Part shown: positions 61,837 through 64,000 of the stretch, piece after piece
Layout of the letters: the number at the start of each line of letters is the position of its first letter
Numbering within the stretch: position 1 is the stretch's first letter
Origin: an uncultured bacterium
GTDB taxonomy: Bacteria; UBA8481
Direction: 5' to 3'
Length of the DNA: 64,000 nucleotides
NCBI GenBank assembly: GCA_964548165.1
Contig: CAZJQD010000019.1
Coordinates: 91 to 64,090 of the forward strand
The notes under the pieces: model-generated
The model's database searches: none
The model's input: the letters and a program-made list of their open reading frames with translations, nothing else
What the model was told of the DNA's origin: nothing
Translations under genes and position numbers: made by a program

Positions 61837-63249
61837 TCAGCGCGCGGTGAGCGATTCGGAGGCGCTGAGCACGTTGAGCGCCTTCTGGAGCTGGGGATCG
61901 AGATGCGGCACGAGATAGAGCCGGCCGTCATTGCGCCGCGCCAGCTCGATGACGAGACGCCGCTCCAGGGTCGCCCGCGAGACCGTGATGCCGGCCGCCT
62001 CGACCAGTTCCATCAGCCGGTCGACGTCCGCGGGAGTGTACGTCCGTCGGCTCCGCGCGAAATCGCGGAGCACGTCGGTATCCCTCAGCGCCAGGAGCGC
62101 CTGCTGATCGGAGTCGGAGATCGGCAGAGCCTCGACGATCAGGCCCGTCTCCGGCGTGATCCCGATCTTGTGGATGGAACGCCCCGACGGCGTGAAATAG
62201 CGGGCCGTCGTGAGCGCGATCTTGGAGCCGTCCGGGAGATTCTCGACGGTCTGGACCGACCCCTTGCCATACGTGCGCGTGCCCACCAGGACGCCGCGGC
62301 CATGATCGCTCATCGCGCCCGCCACGATCTCGCTGGCGGATGCCGAGCCGTTGTCCACCAGGACGACCAGCGGGAGCTTTGTATGAAAGCCCGCCGGCGA
62401 GGCCCGAAACGACTGGCTCTGCCGAGGATCGCGCGCGATCGTGGACACGATCACCCCGCTCTCCAGGAAGCGATTGGAGACGCCGATGGCGGCGGTCAGG
62501 ACACCGCCGGGATTGCCGCGAAGATCGAGCACGAGGCCCTTCACGCGGCGCTGCTCGAGGTTCTTGAGCGCGTCGTCGAGCTCCTCGACGGTCCGCTCGC
62601 TGAAGTCGGAGATGCGAACATAGCCGTAGCCCTGGAACTCCGTGAAGCGCACGGACTGGATGCGGATGACCTCGCGCGTCAGCGTGAACGGGATCGGCTC
62701 GGCCACCCCGCGCCGCTCGACGTGGATCAAGACGTCGGTCCCGACCTGGCCCCGAAGGAGCGCCACGGCATCATCGAGCTCCATGCCCTCCGTGGACTTG
62801 CCGTTGATGCGTACGATGGCGTCCCCCGCCTCGACGCCCGCTCTCCACGCCGGCGATCCCTCCAGGGGCGCGATGCAGGCGACGCGGCCGTTCTCCATCC
62901 CGATGTGGATGCCGATGCCGCCGAATTCGCCCTGGGTGCCCTCGACGAGCTGTCGCGCGTCCTGGACCGGGAGGTAGCGGGTGTGCTGGTCATCGAGCGA
63001 CGCCAGCATCCCGCGGATGGCCCCGGCGATGAGCGCGTTGGGATCGAGTTTGGTGGTGTCGACGAAATCCGCCTGCACGATCCGGTAGGCCTCGACGAAG
63101 ATCGGTATCTCCCGTAGCGCCGCATCGGCCTCGGTGGCGGCCGCGATGGCCGGCAAGGCCCGCGTATCGGTCAGTTGGAAGCTGATGAGCAGGGCGAGCG
63201 CGATGGTCGCTAACAGGAAACCGGGCTGGCGAAGGGGCGATGAGGTCAT
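61837..63249 (-). CDS. ctpA: carboxy-terminal processing protease (S41A) with PDZ domain
   Basis: GIGIHIG...PAWRAGVEAGDAIVRING (PDZ), catalytic Ser in NGSASASEI and Lys in TYGKGSVQ. Confidence 0.93.
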   Translation of the reverse strand: MTSSPLRQPGFLLATIALALLISFQLTDTRALPAIAAATEADAALREIPIFVEAYRIVQADFVDTTKLDPNALIAGAIRGMLASLDDQHTRYLPVQDARQLVEGTQGEFGGIGIHIGMENGRVACIAPLEGSPAWRAGVEAGDAIVRINGKSTEGMELDDAVALLRGQVGTDVLIHVERRGVAEPIPFTLTREVIRIQSVRFTEFQGYGYVRISDFSERTVEELDDALKNLEQRRVKGLVLDLRGNPGGVLTAAIGVSNRFLESGVIVSTIARDPRQSQSFRASPAGFHTKLPLVVLVDNGSASASEIVAGAMSDHGRGVLVGTRTYGKGSVQTVENLPDGSKIALTTARYFTPSGRSIHKIGITPETGLIVEALPISDSDQQALLALRDTDVLRDFARSRRTYTPADVDRLMELVEAAGITVSRATLERRLVIELARRNDGRLYLVPHLDPQLQKALNVLSASESLTAR

Positions 63250-63328
63250 GATGAGCGTATTCTACCAGCAGTCGGGCGCGGGCCGAAACACCTAATCAGG
63301 GAACCGCGGTCCCGGCTGGAGTCTCGAT

Positions 63329-63547
63329 TCAGGTCATCTCGTCGCGCTTCTGGCGGATGGCCTCGTGGAGCGACTTCATCTTTCTCACGGCAACCTCGAA
63401 GCAGAACTCCAGGTACTGTTCCGGCGTCCGAAAGAGGCTCCCGCCCCTCGACGCCGCCAGCATCGCGGCCTTGATCTCCTTCTCCGAGAGGATGTTCTTC
63501 ACGAAGTTGTCGCGTTCCTGCGGCGTGAAGGCCTCGTAGTCGATCAT
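63329..63547 (-). CDS. small hypothetical protein (72 aa)
   Basis: ATG 63547 overlaps the gloB stop (ATGA at 63544-63547). No recognisable domain. Confidence 0.5.
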   Translation of the reverse strand: MIDYEAFTPQERDNFVKNILSEKEIKAAMLAASRGGSLFRTPEQYLEFCFEVAVRKMKSLHEAIRQKRDEMT

Positions 63548-64000
63548 CCGCGAAACCCGTCGCGCAGCACTCTCAGCCGCGCAAAGAGGGCGGTCGGGTC
63601 GCCCGACACGGCGCCCGTCTTCGCCGCGAGTATCTCGCGCAGTCGAGGATCCCTCACGCGCAGAAAGGGATTGGTCCTGCGCTCCAGTCCCAGTTCTCCC
63701 GGGACCGTGGGATGGCCTTCGGCCAGCCGAGCGCGGCAGTTGGCGAACTGCATCATCACCGCCTGGTTCGCGGGTTCGAGTTGAGCCGCGAACCGGAGGT
63801 TGCGCTCCGTGTACTCGTGGCCGCAGTAGATGCGCGTGTGATCGGGGAGGCACAGGATATGACGGTCGATGCCGGTGAAGAGGTCCTCCGCCGTTCCCTC
63901 GAAGATGCGTCCCACGCCCGCCAGGAAGAGAACATCGCCGGTGAACACCGCGTCGTCGACGCTGTAGATGACGTGGTGACGGGTATGCCCGGCAATTTCC
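63544..64000 (-). CDS. gloB: hydroxyacylglutathione hydrolase (glyoxalase II), 5' end outside the window
   Basis: The frame is open to the window edge. AGHTRHHVIY...VFTGDVLFLAGVGRIFEGT...IYCGHEYT...NPFLR are GloB-type MBL motifs. Confidence 0.88.
   Translation of the reverse strand, partial: EIAGHTRHHVIYSVDDAVFTGDVLFLAGVGRIFEGTAEDLFTGIDRHILCLPDHTRIYCGHEYTERNLRFAAQLEPANQAVMMQFANCRARLAEGHPTVPGELGLERRTNPFLRVRDPRLREILAAKTGAVSGDPTALFARLRVLRDGFRG

Overview
GC-rich bacterial chromosomal segment with strong GC3 bias, densely packed with about 48 protein genes and one tRNA-Gly(TCC). I found no rRNA, CRISPR array, IS element or integrase.

Gene content is mostly core metabolism and envelope functions:
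- Nitrogen assimilation: gltB (partial), gltD, gdhA.
- A large protein combining a degenerate KaiC-like domain with a PEP/pyruvate-binding ATP-grasp domain.
- A discoidin/GH144-like lipoprotein glycosidase.
- A xanthine-dehydrogenase-family Mo enzyme operon (FAD subunit, short 2Fe-2S, 2Fe-2S, Mo subunit) followed by an 8-oxoguanine-deaminase-like amidohydrolase.
- A glycogen-debranching-like enzyme, two tandem orphan type IV pilin-like genes and ppdK.
- A dapF / ABC / ABC / gshA co-directional string, then tal, an IHF/HU gene and a YjfB-like motility peptide.
- An aminotransferase / hemA / CBM48-MBL operon, a T5-type dNMP-kinase-like gene and a Wzc-like BY-kinase.
- An ndk to comEC competence-type cluster, a TerC-family gene, ftsK and a DUF2079 membrane protein.
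- cofG and cofH (FO synthase) with an LLM oxidoreductase, then a FecR / porin / AsmA group.
- apbC, tsaD, ctpA and gloB (partial).

The observations most worth follow-up are:
1. A DNA-uptake cluster in which ComEC's own MBL nuclease motifs are degenerate, while a separate, translationally coupled, membrane-anchored MBL paralog keeps them all. Two multi-HhH ComEA paralogs flank it.
2. The KaiC-like pseudo-ATPase / PPDK_N fusion, whose only canonical start codon lies 109 nt inside gdhA.
3. Three FliA (sigma-28)-type promoter matches. One precedes the YjfB-like gene, one precedes the BY-kinase, and one would drive an ~88-nt terminator-bounded candidate sRNA.
4. A near-consensus sigma-54 promoter plus an upstream palindrome in front of the pilin genes.
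5. Several unexplained sequence elements: a 26-bp-arm inverted repeat, a 104-nt polypyrimidine tract, two AT-rich islands and CAATCC heptad arrays.
6. A recurring -10 box 5-10 nt upstream of start codons, which suggests leaderless mRNAs.

All calls rest on reading the sequence and the ORF translations. No database searches were run.
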